This document shows, in pieces, positions 20,182 through 30,058 of a DNA stretch of 64,000 nt. The notes beneath the pieces were generated by a model that saw nothing but the letters and a program-made list of their open reading frames with translations, ran no database searches and was not told where the DNA came from. The position numbers and the translations under genes were made by a program. Position 1 is the first letter of the stretch. Every line of letters begins with the position of its first letter. The DNA is from a virus: positions 32,001 to 96,000 of the IMG/VR virus record IMGVR_UViG_3300046665_000434; one strand, written 5' to 3'.

Positions 20182-20499
20182 ATGTCAGCCATCAAAGTCG
20201 TTTGCCATATCCTCGGGTATGGTGCTGTAGCCGCAGGTTCCTACTACCTCGGACGTTATCAATCCACTGTCCAGCATGATCGGGATGCTGAGAAGTATCT
20301 CAAGTCGAAGTTGGACAAGTTGGCTACCGAGTATGCCGATCTACTGGTGCTGGTCGAGAAGGCCAGTGACAAGAAGCGCGAAGCTCTCAAAGATCGGATG
20401 GAAGCGCTGAAAACAAAGATGGCCGGTCGTCGCGATACGCTGCGTACCGTAACTGAACTTCGCGACGAAATCGTCGCCATCCTCATGGAGTTGACTTGA
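20182..20499 (+). CDS. membrane-anchored coiled-coil protein
   Basis: N-terminal hydrophobic segment; SD AGGA. Confidence 0.7.
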   Translation: MSAIKVVCHILGYGAVAAGSYYLGRYQSTVQHDRDAEKYLKSKLDKLATEYADLLVLVEKASDKKREALKDRMEALKTKMAGRRDTLRTVTELRDEIVAILMELT

Positions 20500-20898
20500 A
20501 TGAAATACGTACTGGGCTTCCTCGCAGTTATCGCACTGTCGTTCTCGTCGATGGTCAGTGCCAAGATCATCGAACCTGATCGATTGTCGGCAAAGAACAT
20601 GGGCGTCGACATCAAGATGCATACCGTCAATACCAGCGATTGTGAAAAGTACGCTGATCTGATGCGCGCCTCTGCCGGTCTGCGTGACCAGGGCGATAGC
20701 AAGGACTTCGTAGTCCAGGCTCTGCTCTCCAACGCAGACATCTCCCGCTCTGCCTACCGCGCCCTGCTGCCAATGCTGCTGGTCGATATCGGCGACATCT
20801 TTCGTACATCGGCCATCAAGCCAAATGAAGTACGCGAGATTTACAGCCGTTCCTGCAAAGCGCATATCGGCCAGGAGCTGATGTACGTCGAAGAGTAA
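20500..20898 (+). CDS. secreted hypothetical protein
   Basis: Sec-type signal peptide ending VSA, two Cys. Confidence 0.75.
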   Translation: MKYVLGFLAVIALSFSSMVSAKIIEPDRLSAKNMGVDIKMHTVNTSDCEKYADLMRASAGLRDQGDSKDFVVQALLSNADISRSAYRALLPMLLVDIGDIFRTSAIKPNEVREIYSRSCKAHIGQELMYVEE

Positions 20899-20983
20899 CA
20901 AACGCCAGGTGGGGATTCGTCCTCATCTGGTACTTTCTTTTTTTTTGTTACGATGGCCCGATAGTGTATGGACAACTGAAATA

Positions 20984-20997
20984 CAGTCCTACATTAC
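20984..20997 (+). promoter_or_regulatory. putative phage early promoter motif
   Basis: CAGTCCTACATTAC. Confidence 0.6.
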
Positions 20998-21046
20998 AGT
21001 GATGAATCTATCCATCATGAATGTACCAATGACCGAGGAGGTCGAC

Positions 21047-21949
21047 GTGGGTGATCGAGAATCTGAAGCCCCCAACCTTACCCCCGCTGAACTTAGCGAG
21101 TCGATGCAGGCCGTCCGAGCACTCATCCGTCCAGAGGTAATTGGGTCCACCTCGGAATACACCAATAGGAAGCTAATTCTGATGGGAGTGAATGGCGATT
21201 TCGATGGTAACTACCTGTCTGATTTCACTGATGAAGAGGATGGTAGTAACCGTAACTGGAGCGACCAGACTTACGAAGGCACAGCGTACCCGGTTGCTAA
21301 GTTGGTTAATCTTCCGCGATTCATCATGGAAGATACCAAACCGTTCGAGTTCGCACTCTCGTCACAATCTGTACCGGACAACCTAAGGGTTCCTTACGAC
21401 AAGATGTTGTTTGAACTGGGACCTGAGGACGATCGTCATCTGATCGTAATCCACCAGATCGATGAACGCGCAATCGTTCTTTATTACCTACAAACTGACC
21501 AACCTAATCCATTCACGATCGGCATGCGCGCGAATACTTACTTACAGGCAGACGGCTCGCTTGTCATCAAGCTGGCAAAGAAGGTGTTTGATCGAGCGAT
21601 CTCTGAACGTTGTGTCAATACGATCATTGGTTTCATTGCAGAGTTCAGCGTAGGCAATACCATCATTGGTACGCAACCTCGGCCAAAGCCTGAGAACGTA
21701 CCTAACGCTCGTGACGGTCATGCGTATCGAATCGTGCGAGTAGTGATGGGTGTGAAGACTATCGCTCAGCCTTGGCAAGGCGGCACTCACGCAAGTCCTC
21801 GAGAACACGAACGTCAAGGTCACTGGCGGCGCGTCAAAGGCGAGCGGCGTTGGTTCGATGCCGTAACTGTAAACAAAGGCGTACCTGGGCGAGTCGATAA
21901 AGCCTACTACGTCAGCAAAAACAACCCCTCTCCAACTGAGACCCTGTGA
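21047..21949 (+). CDS. hypothetical phage protein
   Basis: GTG after SD GAGGAGG; C-terminal GGTHASPREHERQGHWRR motif. Confidence 0.75.
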   Translation: MGDRESEAPNLTPAELSESMQAVRALIRPEVIGSTSEYTNRKLILMGVNGDFDGNYLSDFTDEEDGSNRNWSDQTYEGTAYPVAKLVNLPRFIMEDTKPFEFALSSQSVPDNLRVPYDKMLFELGPEDDRHLIVIHQIDERAIVLYYLQTDQPNPFTIGMRANTYLQADGSLVIKLAKKVFDRAISERCVNTIIGFIAEFSVGNTIIGTQPRPKPENVPNARDGHAYRIVRVVMGVKTIAQPWQGGTHASPREHERQGHWRRVKGERRWFDAVTVNKGVPGRVDKAYYVSKNNPSPTETL

Positions 21950-22215
21950 TGACGCAAGACACTGAAACAGCCAGCCGTGAAGATCTCGAAGACCGATTCT
22001 TTGAAATCGGCGATACGTTCGGATATCAGCCAGTTGATGACAGCATCCCCGAAGCGACAGTCATTGTCCTCAAAGAGTTCTACGTGTCGGAAACGATGGA
22101 AGCGGCAGACGTAGAACTCAACGATGACGGAACCATCCTCGGCGGAGACCTCAATCGCTGGATCGAATACCTGCTCGAAAAAGGCTTTATCGAAAACGCA
22201 ACTTCTGTCCATTAA
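21946..22215 (+). CDS. acidic hypothetical protein
   Basis: 89 aa, strongly D/E-rich. Confidence 0.65.
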   Translation: MMTQDTETASREDLEDRFFEIGDTFGYQPVDDSIPEATVIVLKEFYVSETMEAADVELNDDGTILGGDLNRWIEYLLEKGFIENATSVH

Positions 22216-22249
22216 CTGAAACACCACTACCCACCAAAAGGAAGTACCC

Positions 22250-23149
22250 ATGAAACGAATGCTCCTCTCCCTGTGTCTTCTGCTCACGGCATCGTTTGCC
22301 TTCGCAGATACCGCTCCCCTGAAAACCATGTCGTTCTGCGGCGGCGCTACCGGCGGCTTCTACGACGCCGTTGCCAACCAGATCGGCTACACGCTGAACA
22401 AGACCAACAAAGTCAAAGTCAACGTGGTCAGCACCAACGGCAGCCTCGACAGTGCCAACAAACTGAAAGACGGCGATTGCGATATGGCCATCCTCCAGTC
22501 TGACGCCGTCATCAGTCGTCCGATGCCGATCAACATCACCGTCATCGACGGTCATGAAGAAATGATCTTCTGGCTGCACAGCAAGAAGGGCGTCAAAGAC
22601 TTTGCTGATCTGACCGACAAGGACAACATCAACAAAGGCGTAGCCGTGATTGAGAAGGGCGGCACCGAGATTACCATCCGTAACTTCGGCCGTTCGGACA
22701 AGGCTCTGGAAAACCTGAACGTCATTCCGTTCGATTCGTGGTGGGATGCGGCGCGGGCCGTGGTCGAAGGCACTGCTCGTAACTCCGGCAAACAGATCCC
22801 TATCGCAGGCATGCTGTATATCGGTCGTCCAGGCACCATCCCTCAGGAAATCCTGGCTGACTACAAGGCTGATCTGATCGTCGGTTCGACGTCCGTTGAT
22901 TCTCTGAAGTCGCTCAAGGACGCTAACGGCCAACCTCTGTATACGAACTGTTCGGTTGACGATAAGGCTTCCAACGGCATCACAGTGCCTGGCATGTTCA
23001 CCAACCCGTCGACGTTCTGCCTGAAGGCTCAGGTGGTCTACAATAATGACTTCTTCGCAGGCATGCCTGACAAAGATGCACGGGAGTTGCGTAAAACCGT
23101 TGATCAAACGGTGGTCCGTACATTTCGCATCCAGCAAGGCGCGAAGTGA
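22250..23149 (+). CDS. TAXI-family TRAP-type periplasmic solute-binding protein
   Basis: signal peptide; GGATGGFY, STNGSLDSAN and DMAILQSD motifs. Confidence 0.8.
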   Translation: MKRMLLSLCLLLTASFAFADTAPLKTMSFCGGATGGFYDAVANQIGYTLNKTNKVKVNVVSTNGSLDSANKLKDGDCDMAILQSDAVISRPMPINITVIDGHEEMIFWLHSKKGVKDFADLTDKDNINKGVAVIEKGGTEITIRNFGRSDKALENLNVIPFDSWWDAARAVVEGTARNSGKQIPIAGMLYIGRPGTIPQEILADYKADLIVGSTSVDSLKSLKDANGQPLYTNCSVDDKASNGITVPGMFTNPSTFCLKAQVVYNNDFFAGMPDKDARELRKTVDQTVVRTFRIQQGAK

Positions 23150-23382
23150 GCGATTCCGCGGAAGATGTAATTCCCCAATATGTCGCCGGTTTGAGACGAC
23201 TACTTCTGTCATATCGCCGACTCACCAACTGCGACATGCCAACCTGGATTAAGTTATCCCAAGTTGGCATGCAGACACTGGCTGACGGTGGGGAAGTAAA
23301 GATGGTGGTGGATTCTAACGGTCCCCGTATAGAGTTCATCATCAAACCTGCCCCCAAGAAACGGGTCAGGAAGAAACCGTAA
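23146..23382 (+). CDS. hypothetical protein
   Basis: GTGA-coupled ORF. Confidence 0.5.
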   Translation: MSDSAEDVIPQYVAGLRRLLLSYRRLTNCDMPTWIKLSQVGMQTLADGGEVKMVVDSNGPRIEFIIKPAPKKRVRKKP

Positions 23383-23454
23383 CATCTCGGGGTGGGGAAA
23401 CTCACCTCGAGCTTTATTTTCAGTATGCTGCACTTTTATAACGGAGTATAAAAC

Positions 23455-23613
23455 ATGGCTAAGAAAAGCAAGCAGGCTATCGCAATTTTGATCATCCAGT
23501 TACTGCCGGTGGTCTTGCTCATCGCTGCATTTATTTATCAAGCCGCTACACGAGAAGCCTCTCTCGGCGATAAGATCGGCGAACAAATCCAACTAAGAAT
23601 CAGCAACCGCTAA
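23455..23613 (+). CDS. small membrane protein
   Basis: MAKKSKQAIAILIIQLLPVVLLIAAFIYQ...; SD GGAG. Confidence 0.6.
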   Translation: MAKKSKQAIAILIIQLLPVVLLIAAFIYQAATREASLGDKIGEQIQLRISNR

Positions 23614-23622
23614 GGAGTAGTT

Positions 23623-24138
23623 ATGATTACCTACAGTACAATTCGAGACGACGGTATACCTGGCATCAATCTCTGGACCATTGAGAAATCACTCAAAGTC
23701 TTACTCGAGTGTGAGATCGCCTTTGGCGGTACGATAACTCGTCTTGATGAGACTGTGGTCTGTATCGAGACCAATGTAATGGGCTGTGTCGACAAGTCTC
23801 AATTCTCAGGCAGTCCTGAAGACATGAAACTACTGGTAACTGCTGCGATATATGCAGCCGAAGTGCGCCACCACTTTGTTCACGGCGAAGGCCGCGCCGA
23901 GGTTGTAAAAGAAGCCATGGAATTTACCGAAGGTAATCCGCGACTGCTGGATCTCAGCGCTGAGATGATACTCGGCGGTAAGCTCATCAACATCGTCGTC
24001 GTTGCTGTCCTGGCCGATGGGGAGATGGACCGCGTTGCAGAGCTGAGGAATATTCCTCTGGGTACTCTGTACGCCATGTTGTATCTGCGTGCCAGCGAAG
24101 GCTGTTCCTACGAGGAGCTGATGGAGCTGGCTGCATGA
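23623..24138 (+). CDS. hypothetical protein
   Basis: SD AAGGAG. Confidence 0.75.
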   Translation: MITYSTIRDDGIPGINLWTIEKSLKVLLECEIAFGGTITRLDETVVCIETNVMGCVDKSQFSGSPEDMKLLVTAAIYAAEVRHHFVHGEGRAEVVKEAMEFTEGNPRLLDLSAEMILGGKLINIVVVAVLADGEMDRVAELRNIPLGTLYAMLYLRASEGCSYEELMELAA

Positions 24139-24581
24139 ATAACCCAGTACGGAAGTATCGTGAGGTGACGGTAATCGCTAAGCGTAATGTCAGTATTTGG
24201 GGGAAAGTGTATCCGACCGTACGCCAGGCTGCGAGGGAAACTCGTATCAGTCCCAACTCTATCTATCGCTACATAGCGGACCCTAATAAACCGGCGTTCT
24301 TCTTTGTTGATCTCGGCATGCCAGTTACTCACCGGGTCGCCAACAACGAAGGAAGGGAGCATTCGCCGGAAATAAGGGAGAAGTATCGTAAAGCAGCTCT
24401 GATGCGAGAAGCCCGCAAACGGAACGAGGCTATACCGATCAGTGTCAGGGGCGGGATCTATCAAACTACTCAGCTTGCAGCAGATGCTACAGGCTTGAGC
24501 CCTAGGACGATCAATCGGTATCTTCGAGATCCGAGTAAAATAGACTTCTTTTACGTGGGCGGCTACACCCCAGTTGTCTAA
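24135..24581 (+). CDS. protein with two NUMOD1-like HTH DNA-binding repeats
   Basis: GKVYPTVRQAARETRISPNSIYRY and GGIYQTTQLAADATGLSPRTINRY repeats. Confidence 0.7.
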   Translation: MNNPVRKYREVTVIAKRNVSIWGKVYPTVRQAARETRISPNSIYRYIADPNKPAFFFVDLGMPVTHRVANNEGREHSPEIREKYRKAALMREARKRNEAIPISVRGGIYQTTQLAADATGLSPRTINRYLRDPSKIDFFYVGGYTPVV

Positions 24582-24638
24582 GTTGATGATTGATGTGTAC
24601 CAATGCCGTTTTTATTATTCACTAGCGGAGCAATATTC

Positions 24639-25139
24639 ATGGACACTTTCAGCATGTACGCCAACTATTGCGCCTATCTGTTAATCGGTAAGCCAGTACT
24701 GACCGTCTACGAGTTCCTGAAGTCCCTCAGCCTGAAATGGCGGATGAACTACCTGATGAAGAAGTACGGCGGTATCGAGAGTACGCCCGATTCGAAGTTC
24801 CCAACCATCAGCACCTCAGGCCTTGGCGATATCGTGTTCCACCACGCCATGAAAGAGATGGCTAAGCTCACCGGAATCAACCTTGAGACCCATCCGGTAG
24901 GTTACGTGATCTGGCGCTGCCTGAGCTATAACTTCGCAACACCTCTAGCGCTCAAGGAAGCGATGGATCTGCTGCGCGCCAAGAACATCAATAGGGCCGT
25001 GTACGACCACTTCTACCGGTACGAAGCTATCCCGCCTCACGTACTGGTCGATATCTCTGCTGAACAAAAGCAAGAGTTCGACGACTGGTTCGCCGGCAAG
25101 ACCACCGTTATGTTTACCCCAACCCAAAAGGATGCATGA
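24639..25139 (+). CDS. hypothetical protein
   Basis: ATG after SD GGAG. Confidence 0.7.
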   Translation: MDTFSMYANYCAYLLIGKPVLTVYEFLKSLSLKWRMNYLMKKYGGIESTPDSKFPTISTSGLGDIVFHHAMKEMAKLTGINLETHPVGYVIWRCLSYNFATPLALKEAMDLLRAKNINRAVYDHFYRYEAIPPHVLVDISAEQKQEFDDWFAGKTTVMFTPTQKDA

Positions 25140-25732
25140 GTATGTTGAACCGCCTGTATTTTCCAATCTCCAAGGATGATGATGTCGCGCTGAACGTCCT
25201 CGAACTCGAACGCATGGGACGCAATTCAATGCCTACCATGGCCGCCGATGGTTACAGCGCAACGGCCTTGGGTAATGGCTGGCATGTCTTCCAGCAAGAT
25301 CCTGAGCTGTACAAGAAAGATATCACCGAGCATCTGACCCTGGTGAACGGCCGCACCGGCCAGCAGATCCAGATCAAGCTGGATATCAAGGCACCCAAGC
25401 CTCGGACGATGATCGATATCATGCCGGACTTCGATACCTTCAGCTCAGAGCTGGAACAGATCTTCACTTGCGATGAAGACGGTTACGCCCTGAGCTGGCA
25501 GGGCCTGACCAAGGAGGCTATCGCTAAAGGTCAGCAATTCCACTACATGCGTATCGAGAACAAGATGTTCTCGGTTGACGCCATCCGGCGCCTGTCCGAA
25601 AGCCACGATATCAAGATCGGGGCCGGTACAGGTGGCGCTGATTACACCCGGTTCCCTGAAATGGCGGAGGAGTGTAAGAAACTTATCTCGGCCTACGACG
25701 CGATGGTCTCTACGCTGAAGGGGGTGGAATAA
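25136..25732 (+). CDS. hypothetical protein
   Basis: ATGA-coupled ORF. Confidence 0.75.
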   Translation: MSMLNRLYFPISKDDDVALNVLELERMGRNSMPTMAADGYSATALGNGWHVFQQDPELYKKDITEHLTLVNGRTGQQIQIKLDIKAPKPRTMIDIMPDFDTFSSELEQIFTCDEDGYALSWQGLTKEAIAKGQQFHYMRIENKMFSVDAIRRLSESHDIKIGAGTGGADYTRFPEMAEECKKLISAYDAMVSTLKGVE

Positions 25733-26286
25733 TGACAATGATTGACGGTTCCATCTCCATCGAGAAATGGAGCGACGCTCACCCGGAGTTGGATGTAGGC
25801 TCTGTTGTCAGTAGCCCGACGGATGCAGGAGCAGCAGCCCGTGAACGGCTCGCTGCTCGCGCTCTGCGTAAAACCAAATGGTTCCTGAAATGGACCTTCC
25901 TGACTACTATGTTACTGGCAATTGCGGTAGTAACAGGGTCAGGTTGGTGGGTGTATGAGCACCGTCATCAAGGCTACGACATCGTCTACCGCAACTGCAA
26001 ATGGAAACTGGGCGATTCGGAACTCACCGGCACGCGCACCTACAGTTATCCTTACCAAGAGTATCTAGGCTACCGACTCATACAGCGCGATGGCGTTGAA
26101 GAGAAGACAGTCGTTACAGTCAATGGCGGCGGACTTACCGTCATCGGACTCAAAGATACTGACTTCTGGGTCAACAACGTGAAGGAAGGCGAGCGGGGTC
26201 CTGTCACCCTGAAGGACGCCAACAACTACGTCTTCCAACAAGGTAAGAACTGGGCAGCGGCGAAGTATTCCGAATTCTGTAAATAG
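25732..26286 (+). CDS. single-pass membrane protein
   Basis: one TM segment followed by a Cys-containing domain. Confidence 0.75.
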   Translation: MTMIDGSISIEKWSDAHPELDVGSVVSSPTDAGAAARERLAARALRKTKWFLKWTFLTTMLLAIAVVTGSGWWVYEHRHQGYDIVYRNCKWKLGDSELTGTRTYSYPYQEYLGYRLIQRDGVEEKTVVTVNGGGLTVIGLKDTDFWVNNVKEGERGPVTLKDANNYVFQQGKNWAAAKYSEFCK

Positions 26287-26311
26287 AACAACTTATAACG
26301 ATAGGTTAGCA

Positions 26312-26536
26312 ATGGAACGTTTTGTTGGAGCGGGTGTAGTCTCTGCGCAAATCATCGCAATGCACGTCACCCATCAACTCACTTGGGAGATCACGCAATT
26401 TCTGCTGGATTGTATTAACACTAGCCTCAAGTACCCTACGCTTGAGATCATCAATTGCAACAGTCGCGAAGAACTCTGCCTGACCTACGGGAAAGGTAAA
26501 GCTGTCTTCGTCCCTATAGAGGTCAGTAATGCCTAG
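26312..26536 (+). CDS. hypothetical protein
   Basis: 74 aa ORF. Confidence 0.5.
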   Translation: MERFVGAGVVSAQIIAMHVTHQLTWEITQFLLDCINTSLKYPTLEIINCNSREELCLTYGKGKAVFVPIEVSNA

Positions 26537-26930
26537 CGATATCAAGACATTCATTGGCGACAAGTTTGACAGAGAACTCCGTCAGCGGTTTGAAGTTCTG
26601 GTTGAAGAGAATCAGATCCCTCTCGACCTGTTCCGTAATGAGCCTAACCAGCAAGTATTGGCGCGGTTCATTACCGGACAAATGGCTGAGGTACTCACTG
26701 ACATCGGCCGCCCCAATGCCCACATCGATGGTGCCATCTACATGTTCATTCTCCATGTACTGGGGTCTGAAAGCATCGGTGACATGCTTGATGGTGGTCG
26801 CACTGCCGAAGTGAAGGCTACCGGTCTTGCAGAGGCCTATGCCTTTGACATCGGTGAAGAAAACGAACCTCCCCGTAATGAAGCACCTAAGGTGCTCTTC
26901 GGCGGAATCAAAGATGAGACTAAACCATGA
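26529..26930 (+). CDS. hypothetical protein
   Basis: 133 aa ORF, SD GAGG. Confidence 0.7.
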   Translation: MPSDIKTFIGDKFDRELRQRFEVLVEENQIPLDLFRNEPNQQVLARFITGQMAEVLTDIGRPNAHIDGAIYMFILHVLGSESIGDMLDGGRTAEVKATGLAEAYAFDIGEENEPPRNEAPKVLFGGIKDETKP

Positions 26931-27035
26931 TCGCCACATTCATCGGTACAATCTTTATCGCACTACTGGCTATTCGCGGCCTGTTCGCCTTTGGTGGCGA
27001 CATCCTGCGGATCATCACTCGTAAGAACACGAAGT

Positions 27036-27080
27036 GACATAGGGCGGGGCGAAAGCCCCGCTGTATGCCTTCTTATTTTG
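27036..27080 (+). terminator. intrinsic terminator (CATACAGCGGGGC family)
   Basis: GCGGGGC-GAAA-GCCCCGC within CATA...TATG, T-rich tail. Confidence 0.75.
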
Positions 27081-27083
27081 TTA

Positions 27084-27097
27084 CAAACATACATTAT
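27084..27097 (+). promoter_or_regulatory. putative phage early promoter motif
   Basis: CAAACATACATTAT directly after a terminator. Confidence 0.55.
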
Positions 27098-27132
27098 CGT
27101 ACGGATACCACACACTTACTAGGGCACGCAAT

Positions 27133-27786
27133 ATGGGATTCGACGCACAGCACGCACTACTGGTGCTCGCACTGATCGCCACTAATGTCACTGACAAGAA
27201 GGAGTTCAAGAAGCGGGCTATTAAGGTATCGAAGAAATGCGATCCGCTCGTAGCTGCCGGAATAATGAATGACATCATCAATTCACCTACTCCTCGTCAG
27301 GCAGTGTTTGACCATCTTGATGGCCGCGACAACCTCGCTGAAGTGACAGCTCAGCTACGGGCCGAAAGGTTCCCAGGTATGGTTGTCTATAAAGGAGAGG
27401 CTTACGGCGTCCAGATTGAAGTACCGAACGCTGAGACGCGCTTTGAGCTAGACCCATCCAAGACTATTGCTGAGCATAAGCTCGCAATCGCAACGGACGG
27501 CAAATGGGCCATGGCTAACGAAGATGAAATGACTGTGGCGTTCGCGCATGCTGTCATGAACCATCTCAATCTCAACCGACTTAAAGCTAAAGTGCTGCTC
27601 TTCAAGGAGGCTGGCTTTTCAGGCGTGATCGTCGAGCGAGAAATAGAACGAGGGGCGATGAGACACTTTGATGTTAAGGTGAACAAAAGCTCCAACTATC
27701 ATGTCACTCCTATCACCATCCCGGTACTGACCGATTCGTCTGAAGGTCTGTCGGTAAAAGAAACTGTTTTCGTCTCAAAACGTTAA
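27133..27786 (+). CDS. hypothetical protein
   Basis: 217 aa ORF. Confidence 0.75.
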   Translation: MGFDAQHALLVLALIATNVTDKKEFKKRAIKVSKKCDPLVAAGIMNDIINSPTPRQAVFDHLDGRDNLAEVTAQLRAERFPGMVVYKGEAYGVQIEVPNAETRFELDPSKTIAEHKLAIATDGKWAMANEDEMTVAFAHAVMNHLNLNRLKAKVLLFKEAGFSGVIVEREIERGAMRHFDVKVNKSSNYHVTPITIPVLTDSSEGLSVKETVFVSKR

Positions 27787-27795
27787 GGAACCAAC

Positions 27796-28314
27796 ATGTC
27801 CCGCAAGAAGAAAAAGTTTTACATGTCTCTGTCCCGTAAGAACAACGATCAAGCCTGGGCATACTTCGAATGTCAGAACTACAACCTGCTCGAACGTTCC
27901 CTGACTCGTAACGCCAAAGCTCTCCTCGGTGCCTGTGAGTTCCGTCTGGTGCGTATTCTGGTCGATGATCCACAGACCTGGTATCTCGACATCAACACCG
28001 GCGATAACCAGTGGCGCACCATCATGCTGAACGACCCAGCGGCTGATGAGAAAGCCAAACAGTTCTACATCGAACCTCCTGAGTGGGAAGGGATGTCTGA
28101 TGAACAACTGTTGGAGCAGATCGCTCCGATGCGTCTGGGTGCTAGCGATGCCGAGCTGCGCGAACATCTGAATAAACATGCCGCAGGTATGGATATCGAC
28201 AAGTTCAAGGAAGCTTTCGGTATCACAGATGTAGTCAGTCAGCCCCTGCAACCACACATCTCCGATTGGACTGTCAATGTTCCGACAGACGGTACTTCAC
28301 TGAGGAATACCTGA
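27796..28314 (+). CDS. hypothetical protein
   Basis: SD AAGGA. Confidence 0.8.
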   Translation: MSRKKKKFYMSLSRKNNDQAWAYFECQNYNLLERSLTRNAKALLGACEFRLVRILVDDPQTWYLDINTGDNQWRTIMLNDPAADEKAKQFYIEPPEWEGMSDEQLLEQIAPMRLGASDAELREHLNKHAAGMDIDKFKEAFGITDVVSQPLQPHISDWTVNVPTDGTSLRNT

Positions 28315-28817
28315 TGAAGAAGAAATTCCAGATCGATAACGACATGCCTACTGTCACTGAAAAACTCGTAGCCGTCTCGCAAGAACTGGCGGACGAGTTC
28401 GAAACATTGGTGCGGGGTATCTTGGGGCGTCTCGTAGCCAACGGGCTTAACCTCAACTATCTCACCAGTATGTTGTCGAATAACGTCGTATTGATCAACG
28501 GGGTGCACCGAGGAGCGAAGCCCCTTAACGGGAAAGAGACTTACGTCTTTCAGCTCCTCACCCTCAACGCTCGCCGTAAGCCGGTAAAGTTGCATGCTCA
28601 GATACTCATCAATGTAGATGAGAAGAAGATCTGGCACGTTACCGACAATACCACCGCGTTACCTGACCCTTGGTCCGAAGATCTAACTGAGGAACAGAAG
28701 AAGTCGATCACGACGTTGTGTCAAAATGATCCAGAGTACTTCTTCAATGAAGTCGCCAGAATCACTGCTGGTCAGGATAGCCTTCAGCCACCAGATACCA
28801 AACCTACGGTGCATTAA
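28314..28817 (+). CDS. hypothetical protein
   Basis: TGATG-coupled; SD GAGGA. Confidence 0.7.
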   Translation: MKKKFQIDNDMPTVTEKLVAVSQELADEFETLVRGILGRLVANGLNLNYLTSMLSNNVVLINGVHRGAKPLNGKETYVFQLLTLNARRKPVKLHAQILINVDEKKIWHVTDNTTALPDPWSEDLTEEQKKSITTLCQNDPEYFFNEVARITAGQDSLQPPDTKPTVH

Positions 28818-29522
28818 ATGACCAGGCGTCTGATCATGGATACGGTAGAACTTATCTCGCACAAGAGCCTTGACAAAGAAGGCTTATCTGCTTTGGAAGA
28901 TCTGGTCGGTATCCATCGATCAGATATTCTCTGCGCGGCGCTACTGTGGGTGCTGTATCGTAAAGGCGGCCCTCTCTGCCGGCTGGACACGTATCGTGAA
29001 CTAGGCGAGACTGGGAGGTCCGCTAAGACGGGTCCAATCATCGAGAAGTGGGTGACCAAGAATGCGGCTGAGTTAGCTGAGGCATTCAGCCCACTGCTCG
29101 AGCACGAAGGATTGATCCTGGATTACGTGACGTTCGATAGTATCTTCGTCATGTGTTCGCTGAAGCCTGAACCGATAACGTATCCCCCGATCGTCATCAT
29201 CCGCAATAGCATGTCGGTCAATGACATGACCGTCAGAGCGAGGAACGCGATCAAGGGTAGCATTAACCTTGCCGTGCCGTGGTACTTGTCAGCGAGTTTC
29301 GCTTATTACAAGGAAGATGTTTCGCTAATGACCGACACGTATTACGATGACATCTGTATCTTACTCAATGAGCGTTGGGACGATATAACACATCGTCATA
29401 AATCGCTCATTGAACGAGATGCACTTTCAGCAGGGACTGGTTATAATCTCAAGTACGATAAATGGCCACTCATTCTCCAATCAGCTACCAGGCAGTTGAT
29501 GTCTGAACTCAACACACTGTAG
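28818..29522 (+). CDS. hypothetical protein with C-terminal NAD-dependent DNA ligase subdomain-Ia-like module
   Basis: YLSASFAYYKEDVSLMTDTYYDDI resembles the YY..D...(S/T)D..YD motif. Confidence 0.55.
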   Translation: MTRRLIMDTVELISHKSLDKEGLSALEDLVGIHRSDILCAALLWVLYRKGGPLCRLDTYRELGETGRSAKTGPIIEKWVTKNAAELAEAFSPLLEHEGLILDYVTFDSIFVMCSLKPEPITYPPIVIIRNSMSVNDMTVRARNAIKGSINLAVPWYLSASFAYYKEDVSLMTDTYYDDICILLNERWDDITHRHKSLIERDALSAGTGYNLKYDKWPLILQSATRQLMSELNTL

Positions 29523-29529
29523 GTGACCT

Positions 29530-30027
29530 ATGAATAACCGAGGTAATATATTGCAGCCGCCAGTGGTCGTTACCACTGGCAGCATTCTTGATATCGCTGG
29601 ACATCTGGCTGGCCAGAAGTGGCAGGTCGATTACTACCGTCAAATACTGGGCCGTGATTCTGCGGGTGCTGATCCTCAGGTGATATCTCTGTCGATCTAC
29701 GATACCGTCGGGGATGACGACAAAACTAAACTACTGGCGGAGTGGGCTAACCGTCACGTAGTTACGGAGAACAGTGACTTCTACAAGAACTTCATGCAGG
29801 TCCTGGTCGATGTTGAGGCCAGGATTGACGCCATTAAAGATCCGGCCAGGTTCAAACAGTTCAGTGAAGGATTGATGGTGTTTGACTCAATATCGAACAT
29901 GGAGCCTGATCTCCGGTTCTCGAAGAAAGGTCAGCGTTGTTACGACCGCCCTATCTTCGCTTCTCGATCTGAGCGTATACCGCACATGCAGCGCTCTGGC
30001 CAGCGTCTTCGTAAAGGTCCTAAATAG
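29530..30027 (+). CDS. hypothetical protein
   Basis: shares C-terminal SRSERxPH..RSG...RKGP with the next gene. Confidence 0.75.
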   Translation: MNNRGNILQPPVVVTTGSILDIAGHLAGQKWQVDYYRQILGRDSAGADPQVISLSIYDTVGDDDKTKLLAEWANRHVVTENSDFYKNFMQVLVDVEARIDAIKDPARFKQFSEGLMVFDSISNMEPDLRFSKKGQRCYDRPIFASRSERIPHMQRSGQRLRKGPK

Positions 30028-30058
30028 TCAGTATTGAACAAAATAAGGAGTATTAGCT

